Source of the DNA: Iphione sp. A-MEVVRFRX5
Taxonomy: Eukaryota
NCBI GenBank assembly: GCA_976226885.1
Contig: OZ320314.1
Span: forward strand, 68,944,001-69,008,000
Length of the DNA stretch: 64,000 nt
Direction: 5' to 3'
This document shows positions 25,044 through 39,299 of the stretch, one piece after another. The notes below the pieces were generated by a model. The model saw only the letters and a list, made by a program, of their open reading frames with translations, made no database searches and had not been told where the DNA came from. The position numbers were made by a program, and so were the translations under genes. Each line of letters opens with the position of its first letter. Position 1 is the stretch's first letter.

Positions 25044-27770
25044 AAAAGTGCAGCTGACACCCTTAAAATCTCAGTGCATCGAACTCTCTTTCATCTTCTG
25101 TCTCCGGGCTACGCAAACAGGGTGGCCAAATCATTCACGTGCAGTCCTGATTGCCAGCATTAGGCCCGACAAGCTTGCAATTAGACACCTGATTAGACGA
25201 CATAAATTGGTAATTAAGACAACGCCGGCAAACTATATTAGAACTAATATAGTTCATCCACGGAATAAATCCGTACATAATGAAGAATAAGGAGGATGGA
25301 ATACACGCGGATTATCCAAGCACGCTTCGACTGGGATTCCGATGATGATCAAATACCCTCTGCATGAAAACCAGGCGCCGCCATCCCGAGTCTGCACGTT
25401 CGGCTATAGTCAAAGCATTATCAGATGGGCCATACTTAATCTTTAGTGTGACATGATGGTGATTCTATGTTTTGCTGGTCTATCAGGGCCGGGAAATGAG
25501 AACATGTCCGGTGGAGAATACCGCTCATAAATATAGATCAGAGTGAGACAGTGGCATGCAACCTGTTACAGGCCTAAGGCCTTATGCCATCCTGACAAAA
25601 TCAAAGCATTTCCAATCAAATCACATGGTCTCCACCTGCTGGTGTCTTTGCTATGAGATTGGCCTGCCAAATGAAGCCACATCTGTGAGGAAGGCAATAT
25701 TGTCAGCAGATCATCTTACAAAATGGCGATTGCCTCTATCAATAACAAAAACATCTGACGGGTTATCGGTTCGTTTTCCGCCGTTTGCCAGCTGCTGGGG
25801 TGCTCATGTGCCTCTTCTTGTGGCGCAGTTCTTGTTGCGTTTCACGAAAGAATACGATACGGGAAACCGCTCTGAAATGACATCCGTCATGTGGCCCATA
25901 TATTGATAGCAGGCGAATTACTACAGCGTCCGGTTCACCTAGACTACCAGCATCTCGGGAGTTCGTGGATAACAGAAGCCAGTTAAGGCTGGTTTACAGT
26001 ACGTCATCAGCAATAACGGTACCTAGGCTGATTTCCAATGCAAGGTCTTGATTTGACCTAATTTGTGTACGTTTCGTAATTACAAACATACACATTTGGT
26101 TCATAATGGCTCGTGGGTAACGAGTATTTGGCATGGATTCATCCTAATGAAGTGTTTAAATTGGTACTTTATATTCAAAATATATAGATATGTTCATTAC
26201 GTAATTTAAAGCCTAAGCATAATATAGACCCCATTATGAAGATAGGTAACATACACAGTAAGCATGCTGAAGCTCGAACAAAGTTTAATACTCAAAGCAT
26301 AAAATGCTGTCCATTAATTAGTTCGTTTAATATTCAATTCAGAGAAAATCGTTAGTCTGTAAAAGGCATCATTTTAAAATGTTTCTCAAAGTTTTTGCTC
26401 TCTGATGACAAGGAAAAATTGAAAGGAGATATGACGCAGAGGACAATCAAAGTCAATTTCCATAAAGTGCAAGACCACGAAGCAATCCCCAAAAGGTCTT
26501 CACACTGAGAAAGCTCACTTATGCTTCTCATATGATTCGTAGATTCGTGTGAGGCCCATCCGACGCTCAATCAGACATTTCGAGGAAAAAAAGCAGACGT
26601 GGGTACCCACTGCCTGTTCTGGCAGATGTGGCAGTTTGATGCACCGCTTGGATAAGGCCACACCAGCAGGGCGAGCCGCACAGAGAGGCCTATCATTAAC
26701 GGGCCTGTTAGGAGGAGATTACAGTGAAAATGGACGGGGACAGGCGAGTAAGTGAATTCGCACATGGATAATTCAATTGAGCAATCACCATATCCTCTAG
26801 CCACGTTCTTGTAAATGCTAAACTGCTTAATTGTTTAATAGAAAGTAGGGTGAGTCCACAAATTAAGTGGTTGATGCCATAAAATGCGTGCGTGTACGAG
26901 TGTGGGGGGTAGAGAGGGGGGAGAGAGAGAATGTGGTAGGGGCGGTGAATCTAGGCAGTTTGGACGCTCAGGTCCGTTCTAGAAGTCTCCAATTTTCGCC
27001 CAGTGCAAAGCCCACCACGAATGGATGTAGATTACTGAACAAGCCCCTGGGGGATACACGTTTGAAAGCCCCCCTAATCCCGGTCTCCTATATAATGAGA
27101 ACCTTTCGTAATGAACTGCTCAAGAGGACGGCGGTAGGCAGGAGCGACACACTGTTCCGGGCTCTTTGCCGGACAGCTCCTCCGACTTGCTTCTTCACTG
27201 GCGCCAGCTTCAAAAAGTGGATTCTCAAAGTCCTAGTCCTTCTCCTTCATTTGATGTATAAAGCAGGGCTGTGGAATGTCCTATCTGCTTTTCGGCTTCC
27301 GAAGGAGAATCTCTGCTAAAAGAGTTTCCTATGCTCCATCGACATATTGAGACCATGCAGCTATTAGTCTAATTAAACAGCGCAACACTTTGTCGATGCA
27401 AGCATATCGCCCCTTGATACAATATGTATTCTCTTCTCGCATAGGGATCGTTCAGTTTTTGGTTGAATTTATACCCACAACCCGGCAAAACATCTATAAA
27501 AGGGAATAATGAAAAGGATTGCTTTCAGGCATTAGATACGAGATCTTAACACACAATGGAAGCCTTGCCACATAAGTTAGTAGCCAACAGAAATTTACCA
27601 GATCCTAATGCTCCGACACATGAGGAGGCTAGTCTCTTTGACTCGATGTCAACGAGCAGCTCAGACCGGCTTTGAGCACTACAGCCAACGACAATTGTGA
27701 CCACCAAAGCTGGAGAAGGTACGTGGTCTCATGACTGGCTATTACCCGCCCACACAGAATGATTCGTGGA

Positions 27771-27788
27771 GGGGGGGGGGGGGGGGGG
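27771..27788 (+). repeat. Poly-G tract (G18)
   Basis: Seen directly. Confidence 0.95.
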
Positions 27789-29049
27789 CAACCGTACCGC
27801 CTGCCGACCGCCGCACTCATCCCAAGTTATAGTCGCAGTTAATTCAACCCAGGAGTGCAGCCCCTGGCCTCCTTCCGGCTGGCCGATCCGTGAAGATATT
27901 GGTGGATCATGTCCCATCGGAGACGGCTGGCCGCCGGGCCGGAGGACCGATAGATAAGCGGCACACCTGTCAGAGCGGGCCTGCTGCGGCCTGTCACCGT
28001 TAGATGAAGGATCGACCTCCGCCCACCCACCAGATGGATGCCCCCACCCACCCGACCACCGCCTTCTCCCATTCCTCCTGCCCTCCCGCACCACAGCCTC
28101 CCAGCCTCCCAAACGACGACCTACTCCATCTCCCAGAGCTGCTATTGCTGTGGGCTCCTAATTACTGCCAACGTATCCGGAGATGATTGCCTTGCGTCAC
28201 TTAGACCATGTAGCCAACCTATATGTCTGGCTTATCTGGATTAGGACTCCGTCTGGCAGTCTTTCGCCCTAATTCACATGATAATGGCTTTACTAAACCC
28301 GGCTGACTTGCATGCTTTGTGTAAGAGCCTACCATTATCTTCGTCTAATTCACTGAGGTACATTTGTAGCGACTGTCCCTATATAGGTGTACATCTATTT
28401 AGCTTCATTGTGCGACATTCACTGCGGTTCAATACAAATCCAAACATTCAATTTGTCAAGAGCTAAGAAATGTCTTGCACGTCTCTGACAACATTATTCA
28501 GCCTGGCCATTTGTCTACCGTTCATGGCTACTTTACCTCAATTTAGACGAGGACTTCATTGCTCCCATTCCAGCTCAGACCTATGTACAACACTCGTAAA
28601 GCATGTTTCACTCCAGCAGGCTATGTTCCGTACATAAAGGTTAGGCAGCTGTCAGGGAGGGGGCTTTGCAGGCGAGTGGCCCGTATTCTCTCCAGAAAGA
28701 CAAATGCCGACTATTGAGCTATTTAAAGCGTTCGAAGAGCGCCTTTCATTATAATGTGAGAAAGCTATGTCTTCGATACAAAATGCCTTCCTAGTAATGC
28801 CATGATCCCGAAGCTGCTAGCATGATCAATGTTTTAGTGTTGAGTGCCGAGAATGCCAGATAAAGTGCTCTCAGAGTCAGAAAAAGGCGGCTTAGGACAT
28901 GCGATCGATAAGGTAATCAAAGATTTGCTTGCGCTTTCAAGTAACCTTTCTTGTGCGTCTCATTGATTACACCCGGGACACGGCTTCCATTTATTCAAAT
29001 TCAAATCCCTCCTTCTAGCGGGACCGGCAGGCAGATTATGCACACACAC

Positions 29050-29560
29050 CTCGACCTGCCGGGAAGAGTTGGATGCTGGCGCCGAGATAATAGGTATTGA
29101 TATTCACTGTCTACCGGCGGCGAGGCCTAACCGCCGGGGTGGGACCTGTAAGGCAGACAGGATGGGACGGCATTGGGAAGGTCTTAACGCTAAACGATGG
29201 GCTATGACCTACAGGCAAGAGGACTTTAGAACGTTTGCAGAAAACGCCTGCGAGCATTGCAGCAAACAAATTCCTCCCTCCCACTTCAGCCAACTACTGG
29301 ACCCACAGAGCAGCAGTGGGAAATTCCCAGCATGAAATAAAATCGACGGGCTACCGTTACTCAGCGCCAGCCACCATGTCATTGTGGACTGCAACCTAGC
29401 CATTTGGTCTTTCCACCCACTAGTGCTAACAAGTGTGATATAAGTGGGCTCCCTGCACACTGCTAAGCCGAGTACATTATGGTCAGTGCCTTTCGGCCGT
29501 GTGTCAACAGCTTTGTGCGAGACTCGGAGGGAGACGGTCACTAGACTGGTTATCCAAGGG
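29050..29560 (+). mobile_element. Decayed non-LTR (CR1/L2-like) APE endonuclease fragment
   Basis: IDIHCLPAARPNRRGGTC resembles the IPGY..R.DR..RRGGGV motif of CR1/L2 endonucleases, followed by EGLNAKRW..QEDF. Stops and frameshifts present. Resemblance by eye only. Confidence 0.4.
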
Positions 29561-32500
29561 CGAGCTGCAACCCAAAAAGTAACGCCCGTATCTTGTACTA
29601 ATCGCCCTGCGTCAACAGCAAGTGAGAACCCGTTAAATGACCTTCGGGACAGTGGCGCCTACCCCTCCACCGCAGCACCACCGCCTTCCATTTGTAATCG
29701 CTGCGTGACGTCATGAGAAACGTGATAAAACTGCCGTCGCTCATCACGCCCCATTCATCTCCTTGGCAACAGCGCACGATGCCCACCCCTTAACGCTGCC
29801 TACTTTCCAACAGCTAGGCTTCCCTGATTCCAGTTGCAAATTGGATTTTTCGCCTTTCACACCGATTAATGTCTTTGTCCGTAGTAATAGGCTACAGTGA
29901 TATGTGCAGTGGTTACATGCAAAGCAGCCCCATGTGACGACTTTCCTTAACTAGACAAGAACGCAGACTATTCATTGTAAAGCTTTATGCCGAGGAAATA
30001 ATCGTATTGTAATACTGGTATTTTTTTTAACTCTCAGCATGACTGTTCCCCACTGCCCATGAACGTGGTCTACTTAACATGAAAGCATTAAAGTAGAGAT
30101 TCACATGAAAGTGGTTACTGGAAACACGCTGTAGTATAGCTTTCGTTGTGAGCCTTAACTGTGTTAATACACATTTCTACTAGATGTTTTACAATACACT
30201 TGGCGTGCATCGGGTTCCTTTAACTACATCCCGGGAATCGTATTTTTATACCTAGATGTCCATTGTAGCTGTAGTGGGTGTTGCAGTATAAGAGAACTAC
30301 TCGCGCGCAATACGAATTTTCCTAATGTGCAGCAGATGTAAACTGGCCTTCATCAAATGAATAACATGTTACAGAGAAAAGAGGAATCACGTCAAGAATA
30401 ATCAATTCAATTGTGCGTGCATATCTCGAGTTCTATTACGCTTCTGTTCAGAGCTATTCTACTTCAATAACACATGTCATTTTGAATCAGTGAATCTTTT
30501 GCAAGTTATCTTTTTAAAAAGCAATTCAACATCCCGCATGTAGGAAAATGGGAAAACTGTAAAGGACCAACGTCCCCGCCGCTGCCTCAAACAGAAGCCA
30601 TCTGTGTACTTGCTGTAAGGAAAGACTGTCGAAAGCCCCTAGTTTTCCACTTGCAGATCAATGGCGATGTGAAAGCCACCTTCATCGGAAAGCGTCAGCC
30701 AAAATGTCGCAGAAAAAATATGAATGATGGTGCTCGTGAAACCGACGCTGTGACCGCTATCTGGAATTTCAACAAATGAAAACACATAAATAATTCCCTC
30801 AGCGACGTTCACGTGAGGCATTTTTGTGCCTGTGACTCGATTTACAGTCGGGGGTCATTGGCAATGGCAGCCATCCGTGCATTGGGTGCTTCGAGCAGCC
30901 GTGATAAAACTGTGTGGCGTAGTGGCTGCCCATGGCTGAAACAAAGCGCCAGCGCTGTGACCGTTCCCGGCTTACCGATGTATGGAGGAGCTGTAGGCTG
31001 TTTCCCGCAGCCTATAAGCCATGCTCTTGGTGAAGCAGTAAGGGGTCCTGCGGCCGTCCCCTGGGAACGGCTTGTGTCGTCAGCTAAGTACGTCCGATCG
31101 GCCAACACCGTCGGCGCCAATCACCTCCAACCATGGAGTCTATATCGTATATCCCCTCATACACAGTAATCGGCCTGCTCGAGTGCTTTGGCTTTATTAT
31201 TGTTAATTTGAACTGCAGTTCCATCAAACATTTGCAAGTTACGAATATATATATTTTAAAATTACATTATCCTCTTCTGACAGCAGGTATTATATCTAAA
31301 AAATAAAATAATCTACGACACCTTTCTAATCAAGTCTGTTCAAATTTGTTAGTTCACACAATTAGTGCGTTGTATGATTTGCTCGAATAATACCATTTGG
31401 ATGGAAGTCCGATTTGAGCTGAGCTGAAACACTTTTTCTTATGCTGGCAAAGCCTTTGCTACTTGCAAGGCTTTTACGAAGAGTGCGTTACTGATTCTAG
31501 ATTAAGTGCCACCAATGTGAACACTAATGGCTCCCTAATAGGTCAGCCTTCCTCAGATAGTACCCGCCGACTAGGTCGAACGTATGCCCACAGCATCACA
31601 ACGGGATTTCAGATAATTGCCGTTAATTTGGCTTTCCGCTAGCCTCCATGGCCGTGGGTTGCAGCGCAGGGAAGAAGGGGGCTTAAATCCTGTCGGATCT
31701 CATGAGGCCCAAAGCAAGTCAATGATATGGAGGGTGTGGGATTGCCAGCGACTGTCGTCCATTTTGATCGTGCATGACCCGTCTGCCATGGCCAATCCCC
31801 TGAAGCAAGAATGACTGGTCAGTAGGTGCATGCAGGGTCTATATATCATCCAGACCGGCATAAGTAAGATAGTACTTGTGGGCACTTTAAGCGCGCTGCC
31901 AGCAAGTTTATAGCCAAAATACACGTGCTTCCTAACTGACACATAATTTATCTACACGTTTAACATAAAATGGGTGGCGATTGTTAATGCCTGGACCCGA
32001 GCAGTTAGTCTGGTATAAGAGTGTTGCCATAAGCGTGACCTTCAGTTCGAACATCATTTATGTTCAATATGGCCCCTTTTAACATGAAAACGGTGGTAAT
32101 AAGGGCATTGGTCCCATATGACCGATTACAAGAACAAGATATTCTTGTAAAGCTCATGAACTTATCAAGCAGAATAGAACAGGATATAAAGTTACAATCA
32201 ACATAACATAACTAAGTCGGCACAGGAGTAAATTTGTATTCTTGGAGTGGGGAATCCGGGCACTTTTTGCAAGCAAGGTGTAAACAAAGATTTGTCAAAC
32301 CCAATTTGATAAGGACTTCAAAGGTGTCATAAAGTTTCATTGTGATAAATGTATAGGTTTAGTATTAATCTAAAGGATCACATTAGTGTTTAGATAAAAA
32401 TCCTCTGCTATAATTTTTAATTTAGCAAAAACACTACAGAGGTGAAAAGTGGGTGATAATCAGGGAGTTTCTGCTTATTCTAATGTGAAATCTAAGGCCT

Positions 32501-33103
32501 GGTGAAAACAATCTAATGATAATTTTGACATATGCACTCTATCTACATGTAGTTCTAGGTGTGTTTTCATTATAATATCAGATTTAGCATTGGAATCATT
32601 GCCAAATGATTATTATGGACATAAACTTTATAAAAGCTCAAAGAGAGATATCCACTACCTTTCATCTCCACCCCAGACAGACTGACCCACATTTGACTAA
32701 GGGTACCAGGCTTATCAGCCACTGTGACGTCATTCCCACTTCAAGAATACTAAATACCACGTGACTGGTATTTTTGAAAGAAAAATAAACCTTGGTCATC
32801 AAGATAATATATTCATGCGAACAAAATGTCCCTGCAACTGGCTATAAGTGGTCAGTGTTAAAAAGAAACAAGATGGCCGATTGTTGTCGAGCAAGATAAG
32901 AACATAATTTATAATCGTCCATGCCGCAAACTACTGTCAAAGTGAGGAACAGACCGTGCGATGAAGGAATGACTGATATAAAATGAGGCGATACCATAAA
33001 TAGTTTCAAATTCGGTACGCGGCTTCTAGATAACACGACATTTCTGCCGATAATATCTCTACTGATAAGTATGAGATTTCTTTTGGTTTCGAATAGGCAA
33101 TAC

Positions 33104-33251
33104 CGACTTGACAAGCTTCAGCACTTTTCTCTTCTTCATAGCTGTTTCACTCAATCCTGGTGATAGCAAGTGGAAGCGGAAAGTAGAGAGGTTATCAATC
33201 TTTCTGTAGCGATTCCGTCGTTCTTTAGTTTGTACCCCTTGCCTCCTGTAC
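33104..33251 (-). CDS. Candidate exon (phase 2/0): YRRQGVQTKERRNRYRKIDNLSTFRFHLLSPGLSETAMKKRKVLKLVKS
   Basis: Acceptor ctcttttgtatgcaag|G and donor TCG|gtattg with an open frame. Competes with the adjacent candidate. Confidence 0.3.
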
Positions 33252-33440
33252 CTTGCATACAAAAGAGCCTTTAAGATCCAGGCTGTCAATGTCAAACTCC
33301 AACAAATGAGAAGAAAACATTTTCTGAGAGCCTTTCGTATCCGCCAGTTCCTCATTTGAAAGGCAGATGGTCGATAGATCAACGACGAAAACGACACTGG
33401 CATTTCCTATAGTTCCACATGTGTACTGCAAGGTACAAAG
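33252..33440 (-). CDS. Candidate exon of gene A (63 codons, phase 0/0)
   Basis: Very strong acceptor ccctgccctctgtctatccacag|CTT (second in-frame acceptor at 33425) and donor AAG|gtacag. Only frame 0 is open: LCTLQYTCGTIGNASVVFVVDLS...LKGSFVCK. Confidence 0.4.
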
Positions 33441-34631
33441 CTGTGGATAGACAGAGGGCAGGGTCAACTCAAGGAAGACAGGCTGGATGGAAGGTTATGG
33501 CCGGGGGAAACGAGAAGGAAAGACCAGAGAAGCGACAGGCTTTTCGGTCACTTTCCTCGCAAGCGACAGCGTTCTCTATGCCGAAAGCAACCTGAGTGCA
33601 AACTGTAAACCGTGTACACACATGCTGACAGTTGCAACGCCACTCAAACAGATGTTATAGCTTTTGCGGACTAAAAGATCGAATCAAGTGGAAATAATTA
33701 CAACTATATATTGTATTTATATATGTGTGTATGTATGTGATACTTGTAAGAAGAATCTCTGACATGGCGATGTTAGACTTGTTTCAGTGCTCTTTCGCTA
33801 TAAATGAATCGGCCCACTATACCAATACCTTCCGAGTGTGCGGATCCCGGCAGATTTCTGACGGAAGACAATTGGTAATTTAAACTTTGTTTTTCACAAC
33901 CATCTCAGTTAACTAATAACGAATGAGAGTATTAATGTCTCAGCCGATCTATGTTACTCTCGTTCCACTAGTCACCAATTAAAGTACGCTGGAGTGTTCC
34001 TCTATAAAGGGATGTGTGTCAGGCTGAAGGGACGCGAGGGCCTCCCGTGCGAAAGGCCCCAAAGAGAGTACTCATCTCAGCAACAGAAACGAATTCTATA
34101 CCCTTTGCCCTATAACAAAGCAATGGTCGTGCTACTTCAGCCTAATTTACTTTGGTACAATATGAATCATTAGTGAGCTGGGATCTCCGCTGCTGATGCG
34201 TAATACGTGTACTAACGTCTCCAGGCTACAGACGGCCGGACCAGGCTCCTGGCTGTGCAGCCAATCATCACACAAGCGTCAGATTGACTGTCGCTTCTTC
34301 CTATAGGCGCTATAGGGCAGTGGAGCGGGCGGAATGCACGCAGAAGGGAAGGAGGCGTAAAGAGATGCAGCGGCCTGCAGGTGGCTTGACCCATCATTTT
34401 CTCCATTTTTGGCTATGAATTAGCACCGGGGGAGAATGGCGGGGTTGCTTCGAGGCCACCTGGTTGTCAGCCCTCATAATGCGTCCCAGCACTGGATTGG
34501 CAATCAATGCAGAGGAGAGGCGTGCTGCAACAGGCTGCATGTATAGCTGTCACCATAAAAAGGACGATATAAGGTCCTGTCTTGATTTCCCAAGGCGCCT
34601 TGGCTAAAAAAAATAAATGTTTAAAATCTAC

Positions 34632-34724
34632 CGTCTTCGTGCACAATACCAATAGGTCCCAGAGGATATTCATCACAGAAGTACGGGGCCCCACAGATAA
34701 CAAACAAGACAGCCGCGTCTGAAG
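34632..34724 (-). CDS. Candidate exon of gene A (93 or 87 nt), reading frame ambiguous
   Basis: Acceptors tctcttcag|cttcag| and donor ACG|gtagat. Two frames are open: LQTRLSCLLSVGPRTSVMNILWDLLVLCTKT (phase 0) or SDAAVLFVICGAPYFCDEYPLGPIGIVHEDG (phase 1). Confidence 0.45.
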
Positions 34725-35611
34725 CTGAAGAGACGACGGGGATAAATATGCCAGAATTCCTGTAATCAGCGCCTCCTTTCTCCAAGCATATTTCAAGTCT
34801 AGCCAGTGGTGTAATTATAGAGCAGTTCCGGTATGCCTTTTGGCTCTTTTAGTACTATTTAAACCTATTCCATCAGACCTACTACAATTTGGATCTTTTC
34901 TTCTGACTATCACTGTTGGCCGTTAACACCCGAACAGCTCTACTTGTTTTCATACTTCTGTAAGGGATGTCGTCCTTCAGACTGTATATCTAAGCATGAC
35001 CTATCAGTGGGAGGCTGGGACATTGTTTAGCCTTTGTTCATATACATATACTTCCTTAACTTAGTCTTGATTGCTGAAGGTGAAATATACAGACAATGGA
35101 CATCATCTCATCGACAAGTACTGCTATGTTTTTATTGCTGGCGACACTAAACCTTCGCACATTCCTAGCTGCAGACATCGTTTGGCCACTCAGTGATGTG
35201 TCCATTGTAGACCAAAGTATCAACAGATCGGGATGCTGGAGCCCTCATATATGAGTCAGCATCCTTTTATAAGCAGGGGAATTTTCTGGCAGCACGAATT
35301 AGTGGATGTTGCCTCAAAGACAAGGGCAAAACTATTAAAATTGTCCTGAAGCAGTTGAATGCTAACTCATGAGTCGATCAGAATTAACGATTTTGTAATG
35401 ATAATTTTCTTTTGAGGGTCCTAGATCAATACGCTGATGACTGATGGGAAACTTCCAATCACCCGTTTTACATTACGAAAGTTGTGAAATAAGAATTAAT
35501 GAGTTCTTTCTAATGAGGGATGCATTTTTTGCGATAATGGCCGTGGAGGGGGGCACTTGACATAAAACAAAGACCCTGCCCATCTTCTACGGTGCCCTTA
35601 CCCTAACCTAC

Positions 35612-36205
35612 CAAAGTGGCCATGCTCTTGAAGATGTTGCCCTCGACGACTGTCTCCTGCTCGATCTTCCATGAGCTGGTCTCAACGTCCTCCGGTCCAT
35701 CCCGCTCCTCCACCCGCTGAATCATCCATCCTGGCAGACCGCTTGCCGTCGACACAGCGCTACTTCGACGCGACGCCGTCGTCGCCGAGCTCTTCCGGGC
35801 GGAGAGGGTGCGGCTTCCGACGGGCCCATGGCTACTATTGCTACTGCTGACGCCGCCGGTGCCGGACCCGCCGCTCTGGATCCGACTACTTCCGCCGCTG
35901 GAGGCGATGCTGGGATCACCGACACTAAGCATGGAGGAGCGGCTGCTCCCCCGGGGCGTCGTCCTGGAGCGACTCCTTGCACTGGCCACCTGGAGGAGGG
36001 CAGTGGACACTGGCTGGCTTTTCCCCCCACCAGGGGTTGCTCCGAGCACAGGACCGCTGACCGGGGTCCGCCTACGAGCGGCCGCCATGGCCGGCTTCTC
36101 CCTTGGGGAAGTATTAGTTGTGTTAGTGCTACCACCACCCTCCTCCTCTGCCCCCTCTTCGGCTCCCTCCTCGAGGATGCTGGGAGGTATACTATGTGCA
36201 GCCAT
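35612..36205 (-). CDS. Large Ser/Gly-rich coding exon of gene A; probable alternative first coding exon (accATGG)
   Basis: 200-aa GC-rich ORF with donor TTG|gtaggt at 35612 (phase 0). Good Kozak context and no polypyrimidine acceptor upstream. Confidence 0.85.
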
Positions 36206-39200
36206 GGTTAACTAACGGCGGCCCGTTCTCCACCTTTTTTTAAAGAAAAAAACTTTTCGTTCCTAGATGAAGCTTGAAGCGGATGACTGGTTGAATTGAT
36301 CGCTCATTGTGGTGGGCGAGCAATGTGGATGAAAAGAGTGAAAGATCGATGGCCATTCAGGGGGTTGAATGTCGTGTGTTTTCAGCCTTTCCACTGCACG
36401 CGATGGACTTTCTATAAAAGTGCACTACACTTAAATACCTTCATTCATATCTGGCAACCATAAGAAACCGTAAGGGACTGCCTCGGTGACGTTCTTGATG
36501 GCTGTGGGCTCGATGGAACGGGAAAGAAACGCTGCAATGATCCATTTGACGGTGCTCAAAGATAAATTTTGTGTCCAAAACATGACTCCACCTCTAAACG
36601 ATGACTGATTGCTTGTACCCGACCGTCACACCGGAAAGTTATTTTCACTCGGGAAATTCGACCATGTGAAAAATGGTGCTCCCTGAACAGGTTTATATAC
36701 AGACTGAAGATCGCTTTCGCGTCATCAGCGAAATAAGTCCTCTCCTTGTGGGCTTACTTGACGTGGCGTTTCCTCGAAGAAAATCGCTTGAACGGCTAAT
36801 ATTAGCATCACCTTGCCTGTAGCAGAGAACCGTGCTATTGATAGAGGTAGCTAACAACAAGAGCTTATAATAGAAATACCCCGCTCTGTTTCTGCCCCGG
36901 GGGCTCACTCTATGAGAAGAAAGAGGGGCAGACTCCTATCTCGATCCTTTTTTTGCGCCAGGGGTCATACACCTCAATTATTGCTGCGTCTCCCCGTGTG
37001 ACAGCTTCGTGCTATTTCATGCAAGACTGGCCGCCTTCCACTTGATTAGAGGAGATTTCCTACGCCTAGCATCTGCAATCCTGATAACACTCGCCATTTC
37101 CCTGATGTACCATCACCCTAGCCAGAGGTCGTGGGAGAATAAAGAGGTCACAGGCTTATATATGAGATTCCACTCGTCGGTGTCCCGACCAGCGTCCTGT
37201 TTTATTTTTCTCCACGCTGGCATCTGTCCACATGGGTCGACTGCAGGTCACCTTTGGGCTTTATACCTTGGTGACCTCTGTTGCTTTGGTGCCACTGATA
37301 GTCATGGCAGTGCATACGAGTCCCCTCATCGCATAGGGATAGATATTTCCTCTCTCTCTCTCTCCCTACTGGGTTGATCCACGCAGCTCAAGAGTCCGTG
37401 TGCTACTCAAAGAAGTCCAGAACTGTTTAGAGCAGTTCCCAGGTGGTCACCCAATAATAGGCCGAAGCGTGGTCGTCAGGCAGGAGTTGTTTGCAGACGG
37501 CTATCGACTTGCCCTTCTCCTATCAAACCCTCAGCAACAATCACACTGGTCACAATCGCCTTGATGTCTGTCAATGCACAGGGCGTGTCATGGCTGACAT
37601 CGCCTCACCCGTTGGCGAGGGTGCTAGTGGCCAAGCAGTCGTGCTATTCCAACGTTTTCCCATCAGCACAAACAGGCCGGTGTCAACTTGGCCGCCGCCC
37701 GCCTCATCTCAGCCCAAATTGATTTTTTGATTGCACAGCACACCGATAATTTCCACCATAAATCTTACCCCCTCTCCTTCTGTGTCGATTCAGAGTGACT
37801 GGCTCTGAGTGCGACTCACAAAAGAAGTACGGTATAAGACAGGAAGTGCGAGGGACAGGCAGAGATTGGTAGACGAAAAAGAAGGTGGTGATGGGTGCAC
37901 AGTTATCAACAAAATTATGTACATTTGAAAAGATATCACGCCAGATTGGTGTTTTGAGACGAACTTTGAAGGCGAGGGTGCCACCAGTAGCTTTCGTATT
38001 GATAAAGTGTCTCCCCTCAGGGTGCCCTCAGTTAGTAACATACGCGTGGTAGGTTAGCTGATGGTAGCTATACAGGTTACCTAGAGACCATTGAACGCGT
38101 ATCCTTCTTCAACGTTGACAGAAAACACGAATACATAATTAAATGTGGAAGTATACATCAAGGTGCCTAGAAAACGAATGGAATTCCCCATTAGTCTACT
38201 CATATCATTAGAAGTATCAATGCCCAAAAGTGTTTGGTCTTTTTGAGCTCTAGCTTTTCATGTTTACAGTTCGTCTGAAAAGAGGATAATCTTCCACTAG
38301 AGCATTTCACATTTCTGAACATACAAGAGAAAGGAAGCAGTGATGTGGATTCCCGATAGGAATTAGGACAGCGGGTACGGCCTGGTAAGGGGCCAAGCAT
38401 TCAGTTCAGCACTTAGTCACAACCCCGCCCGACCAACCGAAGTCATGAATGATAGAACACATGAACGTTGGCTCCCTTGCCTAGGCTAAGCAACTTTAGG
38501 GATGTGTTTATTATCATTGAAATCCTTTCTGAATATATCTGGACCTCATATGTTGGTTTGTAAGTTTCCAGATTTATTCAGGCCAACGAAATGTAAAGCC
38601 ACACAGGGAATCAATCAAATTATTGCTGATGGCCAATATAATACCAATCAACTGAAATCTTGGCTAGAAATAATGTTACTGTGTTTACGAAGCAAACTTT
38701 GCTTCAGGTGGCAATCAGCAATGTATTTCAGGTTAGTATAAACAATGGACGTCAGTAACTAATTCTGCCAGCGAGGGTCAACAACTCTCATGTGTGTCTC
38801 AATAAATCTAGGGGAAAACTATATAAGCACCTTGCATTATACATAGTTCACTGGAAATGGTCTTTTTCCACACAGACTTTTAACAGATTCATGGTGTATG
38901 AAAATACGCTAAAACGTATGGTTCGTAATCTTAGGCAGAAATACACACATATTATGCAGCTAAACACACAACACCACGTACATCCGGTTGTGCGCTTATA
39001 CGATGATTGCTTTCAAAGCACAGTTCACTTCGGTGAAACAGCACTCTTCTAAGACAAAGCAAAAAGATGACATAAATGTTTCCGTCAAGACCGATGGATG
39101 TTTACCACTGAATTATGCTGATTTCAACCAAAGTATAATCTCAAATACTGCGATGAGGAGATGCGAGCTTCCATAATTTAGTTCTGGAGATCTGGAAAAA

Positions 39201-39299
39201 ATATGCACCACGAGACTTGAGTCATCGAGTCAAAGTTAAAGAATGAAGACGGATGAGAAGAGACGGAATGTCTCCCATAAAATATGTTTCGAATAGAGC

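Noticed and set aside
24752-25290. ORFs spanning N-runs (also 59676-60074 and 63101-63515)
   Set aside because: Artefacts of translating assembly gaps.
33370-33400. SVVFVVDLS as a von Willebrand A (MIDAS) motif
   Set aside because: Lacks the DxSxS serines, so the match is too short to support a domain call.
35722-36215. Extra overlapping ORFs on both strands at 36 kb
   Set aside because: High GC suppresses stops. Only the 35603-36205 frame has a Kozak ATG and a phase-consistent donor.
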